This document shows positions 38,726-51,469 of a stretch of 64,000 bases of DNA, in pieces. The stretch is from Ranitomeya imitator (lineage: Eukaryota), in the NCBI RefSeq assembly GCF_032444005.1, contig NC_091283.1, positions 698,678,001-698,742,000 of the forward strand, in the 5' to 3' direction. The translations under genes and the position numbers were made by a program. The notes beneath the pieces were generated by a model. It was not told where the DNA came from and did not search any database. It saw nothing but the letters and a program-made list of their open reading frames with translations. How positions within the stretch are numbered: the stretch's first letter is position 1; each line of letters starts with the position of its first letter.

Positions 38726-39782
38726 GTATGTAAAACTGTCGTACATTATGCATATGTAACTATTCTATATTATGTGAATTGGTTACTGTCTGATATCAAT
38801 GCTCTCTATAGGTAGTGGCCGATTCATCAAACGAGCTATGCCACTTGTTTTAATCTTTTTTTTTTTTTATTATTTTTTGTTACAAAACTTTTGAGCATTA
38901 TTGTGACATTTTGTGTGTTTTTGTCATGGATAGATTTTCTTACTTTTTGAAAAGAGGGATGAGTTCCACCAGGAGCAGTTTGGCTGAGCTTTCCCAACAA
39001 ACTTCAGTGAATGCCACAAAAATGTTTTTGTACCATGGTGCTTGAGAGCTGAAAGATGCGCCAGTCAGGCCACAGTGTTTTCTTTTAAAAACACACGTTC
39101 TTAACTTCCTTTATCCTGTATTACACAACCTTATCCACTGTAAGCCAAAGATCAAAAGTACCTATTGATTCCAACAGGAATACTCATTTGTAATCATAAA
39201 TAATATTTTATTACTTTTATTCTCAATCTGATGGGTTTCCAACAAAACCCCATATTTGGATTGTGTAGATTAAATAGATACATTCTGAATTTTAAGAGTT
39301 TTCTGGGATTTCACAAAATCTGCCAATTTGAATAAGAAAAATAAAATTTAAAAATAGAGAAATAATCACTTGGCATTGCGTAACCCGCTGCCCCAGCGCC
39401 ACAACACTAGTAGATAGTCCCAACTGGTTTGACAGTGAGCAAATGTCCCAGCGATGTCACTGGACCACTGCAGCCAATTACTAACCTAACATCCAAAAGT
39501 AACAGTGATTGGACAGAGCATGATCCATGCAGGACTGAAAAGGAGCACAGAAGCAGCAGTGCTGGAGTGGCACTGGATTCAAGAAGTAATTGTCATTTAT
39601 ATTGCTTTTTTCATAGCTTTACTTACTTTATTTCAGATTTATTTAAATCCCAGAAAACTGTACAGAGGAGAATGGAGTGAATGGAATGGAAGTAAACATG
39701 ATAAATACCATTAGGGTCCAGCTGAAAAAGTGAAAACAAAGTTACAAATCTGTCTGGTATAAAGTTATGAGCTTAAATCGTA

Positions 39783-42340
39783 GGGCTCTTTCAGACATCA
39801 GTGTGTCCGGTATGTACCTAAGACACATGTAGAACCATTCAAGTGAATGGGTCTTTACACATCCAGAATACGTTGACGTGTTCGTTTAACAGCAGCACTG
39901 GCTACAAAACGTCCCACACATGTGCACACTGATGACACGTTGATGACATCTGTGTGCCGTCAGTGTGACTCATAGCGGCGCCTGGGAAGCAGCGGTACTG
40001 TTAGCGCTGTTCCCCAGCGCCAGGTGCTGAAGACAATTCTCATCATTCTCCCCTGCTTGTGCTGCGATCAGCACTAGCAGAGGAAATGTTGAGTTGTATT
40101 CAACTGATGAGAGCAGGCAGCGGCTGATGGGACTGCTACTCCCATCAGCCTACACCTGCTGCCGCTAATAACAGTGAGAGCAGGCGCCTGCTAATGGGAG
40201 TATTCATCAGCCGGCGCCTGTGCTATAAATAGTAAAAAAAAAACAGCGTCAGTTCCCCAGTGTTTTTAATAACCAGCCAGGCAAAACTGACATCAGCAAG
40301 GCTAATTATCAAGAATAGAAGTTTCCCTACTGTTTTTTTTTAAATAAAAAGCTTTAAACTGCTTGGGGTGCCCCCATTTTTTTACAAACAGCCTTGCTAA
40401 AGCAGACAGTTGGCTGCTGGTATTCCCAGGCTGGTAAGTGGTAATGGATATTGCCCCCCCAGTCTGAGAATAGCTGTCTGGAGCCACCCAGAAAATACAC
40501 ATGTTTTAGATGTGCCAATTCTGGCGCTTTGCCCTGCTCTCCCCACTTGTGCTGTGGGAAAAACCGGGCAAAAAATAACAAACACCGTTAAACTCACCTA
40601 ACACCCATGCCATTGAAGCCCTCGTCTCTGGTAATAAAACAAAAATAAAAAAACTACCATATCCCTCACGTGTTCGTTGATCAGTCACATGCCGTAATCC
40701 ATGTCTGGGGATAAATGGGTTTTAATCTGGACGGTGCCAGGATGTGACCATTCAGGCTGAGGACTGAGCTGCTGCGAGCTCAGCCTTAGTGACTAGCAGT
40801 GACCTCATTGAAGTTACGTGGGTTCCGTGGGTCACTGAGGCTGGGTCACTAAGTTACCTTGGGTTACTGAGGCTGTGTTCCTGGGCTGAACTGTGGTGAC
40901 CTCAGCACCGTGAGGAAAAAGTCAGTGAAATTCTCACGGTGATCTGCATTGAACTATCTGACTTTTTCTCACAGCGCTGAGGTCACCGCGATTCAGCCTG
41001 GCCGGGAACTCTGCCTCAGTAATCTACAGTAATATTTATTTATTCACAGCTCAGTCAGTGGCAGAATACTCCCATCAGCCACCTGCTGCTCTCATGGTTA
41101 TCAGTTGAATACAACTCTCAACATTTTCCCCTGCTCGTGCTGATCACAGCAGGGGACAATGATGCAAGCTGTCTTCAGCAACAGGGAACAGTGCTTACTG
41201 TACCCCTGCTCCCCAGGCGCAGGTACATGTGATACTGTTGTAGCACACGGTTGCCCCACACATGCCAAAAAAATTACACACACGGACACCTATCTCCGGT
41301 ACTGGTTTTTCCAGTACCAGAAATATCCAAAAATGTGAAAGAGTCCTAAGGCTGTGCGCACGTTGAGTGTTTGCTTGCAGAAATTTCTGCAAAGTTTCTG
41401 CATCTCTTGGCAGGAAAAACACTGCAGCAAAAATGCGCGTTTTTGTATGCTTGCTGCATGCATTTTTGTACAGCAGTTAAGACTTTTTTTGAGCTACAGT
41501 AAATAAAGAAATTTTTTTAAAAAGTTTTGTGATGTAATTTCTTGGCTCAACACCACTTTTTTCATGCTGATGAAGTGCGGCATCAGGGTAATGGGTTTAG
41601 GGCAGCAGCTGACATTGACACGTAGCTCTGCGCTTAGTAATCAAAAGGTGTCAACAAACACACAAACCTACACCCACATTGTCACCAGCCTATGTAGGAG
41701 CGTTAATAGAACGAACATACATAGGCTGTAATCAGACAGCAACTGTTACTTTTAAAGATAAAAAAAATGCTTGGGCTCCCGCATAATTTTAATAACCAGC
41801 AGAGGGAAAAACAATGGCTTGGGGCAGATGTTTATAGCCTGGGAAGGGAGTAATACCTATGGAGCTTCCCAGGCTATTAATATCAGCTCATAGCTGTATA
41901 CTTAGCCATTATTGGCTATTAAAATGGGGGAGCCCCCCAAAAAAATGACGTGGGGTACCCCTATAATAACCTGCAAAAGCTATGCAGACAGCTGATATTA
42001 ATAGCCTAGGAAGGGGCCATGGATATTGGCCCCTCCCAGACTACAAACATCGGCTCTCGGCCGCCCCAGAAAAGGTGCATCTATAAGATACGCCGATTCT
42101 GGTGCTTAGCCTCGCTTTTACGACTTGCCCTGTAGCAGTGGCAAGTGAGGTTCATATTTGTGGGGTTGATGTCATCTTTGTATTGTCAGGTGACATCAAG
42201 CTCACAAGTTAGTAATGGATAGGCGGCGTGTATAAGACACCTATCCATTAGTAACTCCATAGTGAAATTGTATAAAAACAGACACCCAGAATAAAATCCT
42301 TTATTTGAAAGAATGACACAGACTCCTTTAATAATCTTAA
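39783..42340. mobile_element. Composite long non-autonomous DNA element(s) with a nested MITE piece near 41348
   Basis: GGGCTCTTTCAGACA terminus and several internal inverted blocks (for example gagaatgat/atcattctc and atcagttgaatacaactc). Internal boundaries are unresolved. Confidence 0.5.
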
Positions 42341-42379
42341 TTAAACCATACTCTCCAAACGCCAAATCCACCGACTCAT

Positions 42380-42950
42380 GATGTGACTGTTCTACATGCG
42401 AGTACAAAAAAGGAACCGCATCCCATCCAGGTGATGAAAGATTAAAAGAGCTTTATTTTGCCATGATGCAACGTTTCGACCATTATAGGTCTTTATCAAG
42501 CATGTGCAAAACATAAAATGGCAGCCTTGTATAGTGTGGTGGCACATGCACACCAATCACTCACAAGGTACTGCCCAGTTTTCTTAAATACAAAATATAC
42601 ACATAATAGATCATTACATTTCTAAACACCATATTCCCAATATATAATCAAAATCGTTATTACATGAAACGCATAAAAAGAAAAAAACTAAACAAAGAAT
42701 TTTGCACACAAAAAAATCAGTATCAGAAAAACAACCAATCACATACAGATCAAGGAATGTTGTTATAGAAACCAAATCCCAATCAGGACTCACCCCCTTG
42801 TTTATGTATCTAACCAATCATTGCCCACAATATCCTTGGCTCTCAAACCGGCTAATCAGTGCTACTTACACTACCACATGATCAAGTTACATGACCGCTA
42901 CCCGGGACACTGATCCAGGTTCCAGCACACTCAGGGGAACAAGCGTCCTA
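42380..42950 (-). mobile_element. Probable Penelope-like element terminal (pLTR) fragment
   Basis: Carries the hammerhead motif followed 9 nt later by AATAAA on the minus strand. No RT or GIY-YIG ORF was seen and the boundaries are approximate. Confidence 0.45.
42466..42503 (-). ncRNA. Minimal type I hammerhead ribozyme motif (Penelope-associated, dimer type)
   Basis: Minus-strand RNA reads AUGC-UUGAUAA-A-GACC-UAUAAU-GGUC-GAA-ACGU-U-GCAU: stem I AUGC/GCAU, core with U3-A8, stem II GACC/GGUC, palindromic ACGU stem III and a GUU cleavage triplet. Confidence 0.65.
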
Positions 42951-43204
42951 TTTTTCCCATGGTGATATTATTATTAATTATTATAGCGCCATTTATTCCA
43001 TGGCGCTTTACATGTGAGGAGGGCTATACATAATAAAAACAAATATAATATAATCACCTAGCAACAACTATATAAAACTACTCATACGAAAGGCGACATT
43101 ATGCACGCTAATATATATGTTCCCAATGAACAATAACCCCAGACAAATCTATGACGATGGACATGCATATCTGTAGCTCTGATCGAAATACAAAATTATG
43201 AATT

Positions 43205-44310
43205 ATACAGTGTATATAGCCAACACACGCAGATCTACCCATCTGGACCTGACCTCGCCTCCCTACTTAACAAAATCCCACACTGTCTGTCTGCCATCTC
43301 GGCCTTCTTTTCCTCTCGCTTTCTAAAACTGAACATGATAAACTTACCTGGAGCAGCCAGTGCCAGGCAGCAGCTGCCAAGGCAAACAGGATCATGGGGT
43401 GCATTAAAAGAGGTTTGAATACTCATGATGAGAGCATTATACTGCCTCTGTACAAATCCCTAGTTAGACCGCACATGGAGTACTGTGTCCAGTTTTGGGC
43501 ACCGGTGCTCAGGAAGGATATAATGGAACTAGAGAGAGTACAAAGGAGGGCAACAAAATTAATAAAGGGGATGGGAGAACTACAATACCCAGATAGATTA
43601 GCGAAATTAGGATTATTTAGTCTAGAAAAAAGACGACTGAGGGGTGATGTAATAACCATGTATAAGTATATAAGGGGACAATACAAATATCTCGCTGAGG
43701 ATCTGTTTATACCAAGGAAGGTGACGGGCACAAGGGGGCATTCTTTGCGTCTGGAGGAGAGAAGGTTTTTCCACCAACATAGAAGAGGATTCTTTACTGT
43801 TAGGGCAGTGAGAATCTGGAATTGCTTGCCTGAGGAGGTGGTGATGGCGAACTCAGTCGAGGGGTTCAAGAGAGGCCTGGATGTCTTCCTGGAGCAGAAC
43901 AATATTGTATCATACAATTATTAGGTTCTGTAGAAGGATGTAGATCTGGGGATTTATTATGATGGAATATAGGCTGAACTGGATGGACAAATGTCTTTTT
44001 TCCGCCTTGCTAACTATGTTACTATGGACAAAACAGAATTCATCATCTTTCCCCCATCTCACTCTACCCCTCCAGCAGACCTATCCATCAATGTCAATGG
44101 CTGCTCACTTTCCCCAGGTGCCTCGGGGTGATCATCGACTCTGCCCTCTCTTTCAAGCCACATATCCAAGCCTTTGCCTCCTCCTGCTGTCTCAAACTCA
44201 AAAATATTTCCTGGACCCGTTCATTCCTTGACCTCGATACCACAAAAACAATAGTGCATGCCCTTATCTCCCACCTTGACTATTGCAACCTTCTACTCTC
44301 TGACATCTGA
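43205..44310 (+). mobile_element. L2 LINE fragment split by a CR1 insertion (L2 parts about 43205-43337 and 44027-44310)
   Basis: ...FLKLNM at 43337 rejoins DKTEFIIFPP at 44027; the downstream part encodes ISHLDYCNLLL. Confidence 0.9.
43338..44026 (+). mobile_element. 5'-truncated CR1 LINE (C-terminal ORF2 and 3' tail)
   Basis: Open 176-aa ORF (LYKSLVRPHMEYCVQFWAP...LEKRRLRGD...GHSLRL...FTVRAVRIWN). Ends in the CTATGTTACTATG repeat tail. Confidence 0.93.
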
Positions 44311-44834
44311 CAGCGTTATCTCGCAGCGCTCTGACAGACTGTCTTACCTGTGGTTGTGTAGGCGCCGATAAGAACCGGAGAAAATAGAAGAGAAAAAGAT
44401 GTAAAAAATAGGGAAATCCCAAGAAAATATGTAAAGTTTGAACTTTTTTAATGTACACAACAAATCAAAACAACTGCCGATAAGAACCACTGCGCGGGTG
44501 TTTCCCAGGCTGTCACACAGATGAAAGGGTGGGAAACACCATAGAAAGACGGTAAGACGCAAAACAAAAACTCAGCAAATCCGCAAACATTTTTACACCT
44601 GCGTTTTTGCTGCGGATTTGACTGACTCAATTAAGTCAATGGGTGTATAAAAGAAAAATGAATTGACATGCTGCAGAAACAACGCACTACACATAAGCAC
44701 GGAAATTGACAAATCTGAATTGTTGTGCACATGATCAGTAATTGAATTACCTTGCACAAGGATTCCATTGCGTTTTTGGACCATTTGAGAGCAGAAAAAA
44801 CGCCACAAAAACTCATCATGTGCACATAGCCTTA

Positions 44835-45251
44835 GGCTAGGTTCACATTTGTGTAGGGCAGAGCTGCGGAGGGCTGCGTAGCTCCTCCGTTAAGCCCCGC
44901 CTACCTCTTCCATTCAGCTCTGCCTACGTCGGCATGGGTCCTGCGTACCTATCTTTAACATTGGGTACGCAGGTCATGCGAATGTATGCAGATGCCTCCG
45001 CATGCATCATTTTGACGCTGCTCCAACCACAACAAAATGCAACATGTTGCATTCGGCGCAGCATCAAAACGACGCATGCGGAGGTATCTGCATACATCCG
45101 TATGGCCTGCGTACCCAATGTTAAAGATAGGTACGCAGAGGCATGCCGACGTAGGCAGAGCTGAATGGAAGAAGTGCAGCAGTGGGCGGGGCTTAATGGA
45201 GGAACTACTCAGCCCTCCGCAGCTCTGCCCTACACAAATGTGAAACGAGCC
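44835..45251. mobile_element. Near-perfect palindromic MITE with TTA duplication, abutting the right end (44831) of another MITE
   Basis: ...GTGCACATAGCC|TTA|GGCTAGGTTCACATTTGTGTAGGGCAGAGC...GCTCTGCCCTACACAAATGTGAAACGAGCC|TTA. Confidence 0.9.
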
Positions 45252-45823
45252 TTAGAGTTACATTCCCTCTTACCTGGTACCAGTATAATTTGACATGGCT
45301 GCAGAGCTATCTTCAATCAGCCCATTCTGTGGATATGCGAGATTTAGGCAAATTCTTCCAAAGATTTCCAATTTTGGGGCATAACATTTTTAACCCCTAG
45401 ATTAGGTTTGCATAAGGGGGAAAAGGCTTTAGGAATGTAAGAAATAGATATTCCCACGTTTTCTCCAGCATGTGTAGAAGTTCTGTATGGAACCAACAAT
45501 AGAGGCGCTGGCGCAATCCTTACTCTCTATACTGGTATTAGAAAATGTCTCCTGTGCTCTTGTAGCATAACAGACGTGGGGAAAAGTAAAGCTTTTCGCT
45601 CATTTAGAAGTTCAAAGGTTTTGTACGTTTTCTGTTCCTATGTGGCACAAAGGGAAAGACAGGAGAAACCCTCTCCCATTCCTGTATGAACCTCCCGGCA
45701 GGAGGCAAAGCCAAGCATTTGTAGTGATGTTGAATGGTTATCTAACCAAATATGTTGCTTTTATTACAATCTTGTGATATATTTTATCTAGTAAATCTAG
45801 CTAAATACTTCTTGTTTTACCAG

Positions 45824-45946
45824 CTTGTTCACCGAGATCTGGCAGCCCGAAATGTCCTTGTGGCAGAAGGTCGTAAAATGAAAATATCTGACTTTGGTCT
45901 CTCTCGTGATGTTTATGAAGAGGATTCGTATGTAAAGAGAAGCAAG
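45824..45946 (+). CDS. RET: RET exon 15 (HRD, DFG, activation loop)
   Basis: ttaccag|CTT GTT CAC CGA GAT ... AGC AAG|gtaatc; [41 protein letters not shown]; 123 nt. Confidence 0.99.
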
Positions 45947-46508
45947 GTAATCCCATTACCACTCCTACAATAACTCACTTTTCTGAGCTACAAATAAGGG
46001 GTCTTTACATACAGTAGCCCAGGACTATGATTGCAGATCTGATTTTTATGCTCTGATGACACAATTACAGACTGGTCAACAAATAATGGCATACCAAGTG
46101 GAATGGTTGTGATTTTCATATTTTCCTCTATCGCCTGGTATATGCTGGTTATTTTAATGCATGTAGCATAAATATTCAGCCATAAGTGTGGATAAAGTTA
46201 TAAGGCAGAGATTAATTTATTATATTTCTCTTGTCTGTTGTAAATTTTGCATTTATCTACAATTCATGTGTATTTGAAGGAAAGGGTAACAAGTTATTCT
46301 CCCAAATCTAGAATGCTGATACTGTCTGTACTGCATAAAATAATGTGACATAAACTAGAAATGATCCTATTGGCATGTTGCTTGTAGGAAATGTTTTACA
46401 TTCTGGAGAGTAAGTAAATTTTCTTCTCTTTTAGAATTTTGCCAACTTTTGTAAGGTCCAGGTATTTTACAGTTATTTTATTAATTAAAAAATGTAAATG
46501 TTTAATAA

Positions 46509-46598
<90 letters not shown>

Positions 46599-46826
46599 TA
46601 AGTCTTTGATTTTGCTTCTTTCCGGACGTTTTTTTTTTTAATTTAGCCTGAATAATAAAACATAAGAGCCAATAATATAGTACAAATGTCTGGGATTTTT
46701 TCACTCTAGCAAGGAAGGCTTCATTCAGACTGCTTTGATGCAGCCACATATTAGCAAATCGTAATAGGTCTACACTTTCTAGCTTGACCGCAAATCTAAT
46801 GACCCAATTAGCCAAATATCAGTTAA

Positions 46827-47487
46827 AGTCAACCTGTCACCAGGTTTGGCCAATAAGAGATATGAGCACCACCTTTCAGGGCTGATATACAGCATTCTGT
46901 AATGCTGTATATCTGCCCCCAACCCGACCTGCAAGAGAAGAAAAATAACTTTTATTATACTCCCCTGCGAGGCGGTCCGGTCTGATGGGCATCGCTGGTC
47001 TTGATCTCTATCCTCCTGCTTGCTTCATGTGGATGACTCATCGCTGCATAATTCAGTCTCCCCGGCACAGCACTCCTGCACAGGCATACTTATCTGCCCT
47101 GTTGAGGGCAGAGCGAAGTAGTACAGTGCGCAGGTGCCAGGAAAGGTCAGAGAGGCCCAGCACCTGCGCACTGCAGTACTTTGCTCTGCCCTCAACAGGG
47201 CAGATAAGTATGCCTGTGCAGGAGCGCTGTGCCAGGGAGCCAGTGTGGATGATGCAGCAACGCGTCATCCACACGAAGCAAGCAGGAGGAATGGCGATCA
47301 TGGCGCTGGACCAAGAAGAGCGACACCCCTCGGACCGGACCGCTCCACAGGTGAGTATAATAAGTTATTTTTCTTCTCTTGCAGGTCGGGTTGGGGGCAG
47401 ATATACAGCATGATAGAATGCTGTATGTCAATCCTGAAAGGTGGTGGCCGTATCTTATATCGGCCAAAACTGCTGACAGGTTCACTT
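46827..47487. mobile_element. T2/Kolobok-like palindromic MITE
   Basis: TTAA|AGTCAACCTGTCA...TGACAGGTTCACTT|TTAA; the element is nearly self-complementary along its length. Confidence 0.9.
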
Positions 47488-48226
47488 TTAAGTGTAAGTG
47501 CATTTATTTTACATGTGTTTTTGATACTGCGGTTTCTGTTTCCTTTTGGTATGTCATATTTACTCCAAGATAAATTGACATTTTGCGGATCTCAAAAATG
47601 CACCGCAGGTCGGTTTATGCTACATAAAAAAAGCACAGTGGGCATGAGATTTCTATAAATTCCATCCACTTTAATTGAACTGTAAGACACTCCTTTTTTT
47701 ATTGCGTAGTGCAAATAGCCAGCATCAAAAACCCATCATTGGAACTTATGTACGCATGACATCTTTTTTCACATGGATTGTGCAGCGGAAAACAACTGAA
47801 AAACCTATAGAAAATGTCCAAAAGAATATACGTTTCTAACAAGTTGCTGTGCATGGGTCTTTTCTTGTAAACTGCTTCTTTTCTGCCAAAAGAGCAGGTT
47901 TTGCCTGCAGAAAAAATGCAGCAAAAACGCAATATATGAACATAGTCTTAGGTGGCATCCAATAGGTGGCACTAGAGTTATATTTCTCTTCTTCTCTGAA
48001 GGGGCAATTTACAGACAGAAAAACACTGCAAAACACCGTGCTGGGACAGGCTAACATGGTTTGCCCTTTTACAAGCATTGGAATAGCTCCATTCTAGTAA
48101 ACAGTAACCTCTTAGAACCCAGATCCCCACCTCGAAATACTGACATTTTTCATTTATATTGTAGGGGTTTTCCGTAAGTACTAATTACTGTGTAACATTT
48201 ATATTTGTGCTATTTTTGGATAATAG

Positions 48227-48364
48227 GTGGTCTTTCGGAGTTCTTCTGTGGGAAATAGTTACTCTTGGTGGAAATCCATACCCAGGTATTGCTCCTGAGC
48301 GCCTCTTTAATCTTCTTAAAACTGGCTACAGGATGGAAAAGCCAGAGAACTGCAGTGATGAAAT
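48227..48364 (+). CDS. RET: RET exon 17
   Basis: taatag|G TGG TCT TTC ... GAA AT|gtaagt; [46 protein letters not shown]; 138 nt. Confidence 0.99.
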
Positions 48365-48606
48365 GTAAGTTTGGTGTCTTGTTAATTTCATCCTGGAAAG
48401 TATGATCAATAAGACTGTATTGCACAGAATAACCTCAGAAGCGAGTCCCCACGTCCGTGATATATATGAGCTGTCCGTTAGACGTCTGAAACCTCACCAA
48501 CGGAAATATACCTTCATATTAAAGCATATTTATACAATTTTCAAAGATTTTTAATTTGTTGATGCGAGGGAAGAAAATTGCATTAATTTGACCTATGAAT
48601 TTTTAG

Positions 48607-48706
48607 GTATAATCTGATGCTGAAATGTTGGAAGCAGGAGCCAGACAAAAGGCCAACGTTTGGTGAGATAAGTAAAGAATTGGAGAAAATGATGGTGAAA
48701 AGCCGG
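48607..48706 (+). CDS. RET: RET exon 18
   Basis: ttttag|G TAT AAT ... AGC CGG|gtgagt; [33 protein letters not shown]; 100 nt. Confidence 0.99.
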
Positions 48707-49422
48707 GTGAGTCCCAAAGGGCCATAGTATCAAGACTGAAATATATATTTCTCTAATCTAGTCCATACGAAAAAACATAAACAAAAAGGACTGGAAGGGG
48801 TACATGTAAAATTCTTTTAAGGTATATCAATTTTGTATGTAGCTATAAAAAAACATTTAACTGAAGAATGCAAGTGTAATGCTGAAAGATAGATAGATAG
48901 ATATATGTGTGTAGGGGCTGTCCTCAGAACACCTGGGCCACCATAGGTTTTACTACCTGAATGGGGTGAGGGTAGAGGCATATTCAGTCAAGGCATGGGC
49001 AGTATTTGCAGATATAGTCAACTATGACAGCAATCTTCCCTTCCACGTAATTTCTTGATGGTTTAAATGAACATTAATGGAAATCTGTCGGTACAGAATG
49101 ACTGTTGAAACCAAGCAGATGGCGTGGCCAATCACGGCGGTGGCAATCATTTAGATACACCTTCCCAACTGCTGGATTTCCATCTATCTCCACCCTTCTC
49201 TAGCCCTATGAAGTCAGAACTGTCAAAAAAGAGGGGGTGGAGATTGAGGGGAAACAAGCAGGTGGTAAGGTGTACTTAAATGATTGGCCCTTTGGTGAAG
49301 CACAGAGCGGCGGGACCTTGTGGCACAGAATGACTGTTAAAACGGAGTCCCTTCACAATCTATCACACAGCTACAGAATGTTAAATCTTCGCTGTTACAC
49401 CATATACTCCCTATGACACCTA

Positions 49423-50825
49423 CAGTGTGGAAAATAAGCATTTGATACACGGCCGATTTTGCAAATTTCCCTACCTACAAAGAATGGAGAGGTCTGTAAA
49501 CTTTCATCTTAGGTACATCAAATCAAATGGTATGATTACACACATGGATTAATTTGCATTTTATTGCATGAAAGAACTATTTGCTTCAATAGAAAAATGG
49601 AACTTAATATTTGATACAGAAAACTTTGTTTGCGATTGCAGAGGTCAGATGTTTCCTATAGTTCTGAACCAAGTTTGCACACACTGCAACAGGTTTCAGC
49701 TACCTAAAAAGATTTTCTGGAGACTGGCTAGGCCACTCCAGGACCTTGAAATGCTTCTTACGGAGCCACTCCTTAGTTGTCGTGGCTGTGTGTTTCAGGT
49801 CATTGCCATGCTGGAACACCCAGCGATGACCCATCTTCAATGCTCTTACTGAAAGAAGGCAGTTGTAAGCCAAAATCTTGCTATATATGACCCCATCCAT
49901 CTTCCCTGAAACTGTTGTCCTAAGCACCCCCCAAAAGTATGAGGTTTCCCCACCATGCTCCATAGTTGGGGTGGTGCTCTTGGGGTTATACTCGTCCTTC
50001 ATTTTTCTCCAAACAGGGCAAGTAGAGTTGATACCAAAAAGTTCTATTTTGGTCTCATCTGACCACATGACCTTCTACCATGCCTCCTCTGGATCATCAA
50101 GATGGTCATTGGTGGACTTCAAACTGGCCTAAACATGTGCTGGCATCAGCAGGGGGACCTTGCTTGCCCTGCAGGAGTTAAATCCATGACCGCGTGGTGT
50201 GTTACTAACGGTAATGTTTGAGATTGTGGTCCCAGCTGTCTTCAGGTCACTGGGCTGATTCCTGATCTTTCTCATAGTCATCCTTATCCCACGAAGTGAG
50301 ATTTTGAATGGAGCCCAAGACCGAGGAAGATTTTCATTTTGTGTGTGTTCCATTTTCTAATAATTGTGCCAGTAGTTATTCTATTGTCACCAGCTGCTTG
50401 CCTATTGTCCTGTAGCTCATCCCAGCCTTGTGCAGATGTACAGTTTTGTCCTTGGTGCCATTAGACCGCTCTATAGTCTTGTCCATGTTGGAGAAGTTGA
50501 AGTGATTGTGTGTGGACAGGTGTCTTTTATACAGGTAACTTGTTCAAACAGGTGCAATTAATACAGGTAATGAGGGCAGAGTAGGAGGGCTTCTGAAAGA
50601 AATACTAACATGTCTGTGAGAGCAGAATTCTTGCTGGTTGTCAGGTTTTCAAATGCTTATAAATAAAATATAAAAATAAAACAATGGGATTTCTCTGGTT
50701 TTGATCTTTAGGTTCTGTCTCACAGTTGAAGTGTACCTTATGTTTAAAATGTAAGACTACTCCATTCTTTGTAGGTGGGAAAACTTGAAAAATAGCTGTG
50801 TATCAAATACTTAATTTGATCACTG
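49423..50825 (-). mobile_element. Decayed Tc1 copy of the same family as 57359-58943
   Basis: TA|CAGTG...CACTG|TA termini; frameshifted transposase pieces ([12 protein letters not shown]...[12 protein letters not shown]; PRSWAPFKIS) collinear with the intact ORF. Confidence 0.92.
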
Positions 50826-51289
50826 TAATACATGGCATGGCAGCCACAACGCCACCATTAATGACCCTGTTTATTTGCCAGGTGATCATAAATTAGAAAC
50901 TGTACACAATCCTATGGTCATGGCTGCTTCCCTAGAAGGTTTCCACTGTATCCTTCTTCAGTTGTCATTGTATCATGATCCAAGTGCAGCTGCAGGTTTC
51001 CTGATCCAAACTTGCCAGAGTTATACATGTCTGCGGCTGTCAAGTTCCAGTTAGAACTGCAGCCAGTCCTGGGCATAATAGTCTGTACCCTGACCATGAC
51101 CCACAGATGTCTGAATTCAGACTACTGACATCCTGGAACGTGCATCTGGTGCCTGAGATTTGTAACGCCAATGGCCAGTCGTGCTTTTGTCCATTTACTT
51201 GTCGTCTTAAACATATTGTATAATGTCTTTCTATTGTATGTAATTTCTTGGAAGTGTTTGTAACCTGTATTTTCTACTCTGCATTCTAG

Positions 51290-51469
<180 letters not shown>

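Noticed and set aside
43423-43917. 164-aa minus-strand ORF
   Set aside because: It is the antisense shadow of the CR1 ORF2 fragment.
46985-47658. 142-aa and 174-aa ORFs
   Set aside because: They lie within a GC-rich palindromic MITE and show no protein-like motifs.
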